Below, one piece after another: positions 63,527 to 64,000 of a DNA stretch of 64,000 nucleotides (positions are counted from its first letter, which is position 1; every line of letters starts with the position of its first letter). A model generated the notes under the pieces. That model was not told where the DNA came from. It was given only the letters and a program-made list of their open reading frames with translations, and did no database searches. Origin of the DNA: Ostrea edulis. Its lineage: Eukaryota. A program made the position numbers and the translations under genes. The stretch covers positions 31,620,001 to 31,684,000 of the forward strand of contig NC_079172.1 of NCBI RefSeq assembly GCF_947568905.1, in the 5' to 3' direction.

Positions 63527-64000
63527 GTTAGGAAGTTAGGAGAGAAAGAAAGGAGATGAGAAAGAAAGGAGATGAGAAAGAGAGAGGGAGAGAAAGAGAG
63601 GGAGAGCAAGAGAAAAAAAATGATAGCTCTTTTAAAATATTATACCATGCAAATTAATTTTTTCTCACTTATCATATTTTGTTCGAAATAATTTTTTTTT
63701 ATTAATTGGGAATATATCTACATCTGTTTCGCTTGTGAATTGTTGACATTTTTCCTTCATCATCGGACTGTGTGATTTATATCATATTCACTTCATAGTA
63801 TCATTTGCTTCAATAGATTATTACAATTGATATAGACACAACTATAGTTTGCAGCATAATATTGTTTTACAAAACTAAGCATTTGTGGATAACAATGGAT
63901 TAGAATTAGACAGCTTTTTAAAATTTGTGGGAACTATTTTTCGCCGTTTTGATTGTCAGATGCAGTCTGCTGTACGCATTGATTTTTAACAGACGTAGAT

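Overview
AT-rich, repeat-dense eukaryotic genomic DNA, most likely a bivalve (probably an oyster, inferred from the repeat families). It holds two spliced host genes. (1) A complete 15-coding-exon TMTC4-like O-mannosyltransferase on the minus strand, CDS 23134 to 2239, 780 aa, rebuilt by hand from GT-AG junctions with consistent phases. (2) A 4-exon, 151-aa type I membrane protein on the plus strand (56250-63526) with a Cys-rich ectodomain and a QxYGQP-repeat tail. The rest is mostly mobile DNA: a very young Mag-clade (Steamer-like) Ty3/Gypsy LTR element in a 128-bp TMTC4 intron, a CR1/L2-type LINE split by a direct-repeat-bounded insert, a satellite-bearing Helentron-type element, a DDE transposase ORF, a Harbinger relic, a three-level DNA-transposon nest, tRNA-derived SINEs, long palindromes and several minisatellites. 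The most notable observations are tandem repeats built from TMTC4's own splice junctions at five sites, and two tiny palindromic insertions sharing CAAT..ATTG ends and 10-bp target duplications. All coordinates were read by eye; no database searches were run.
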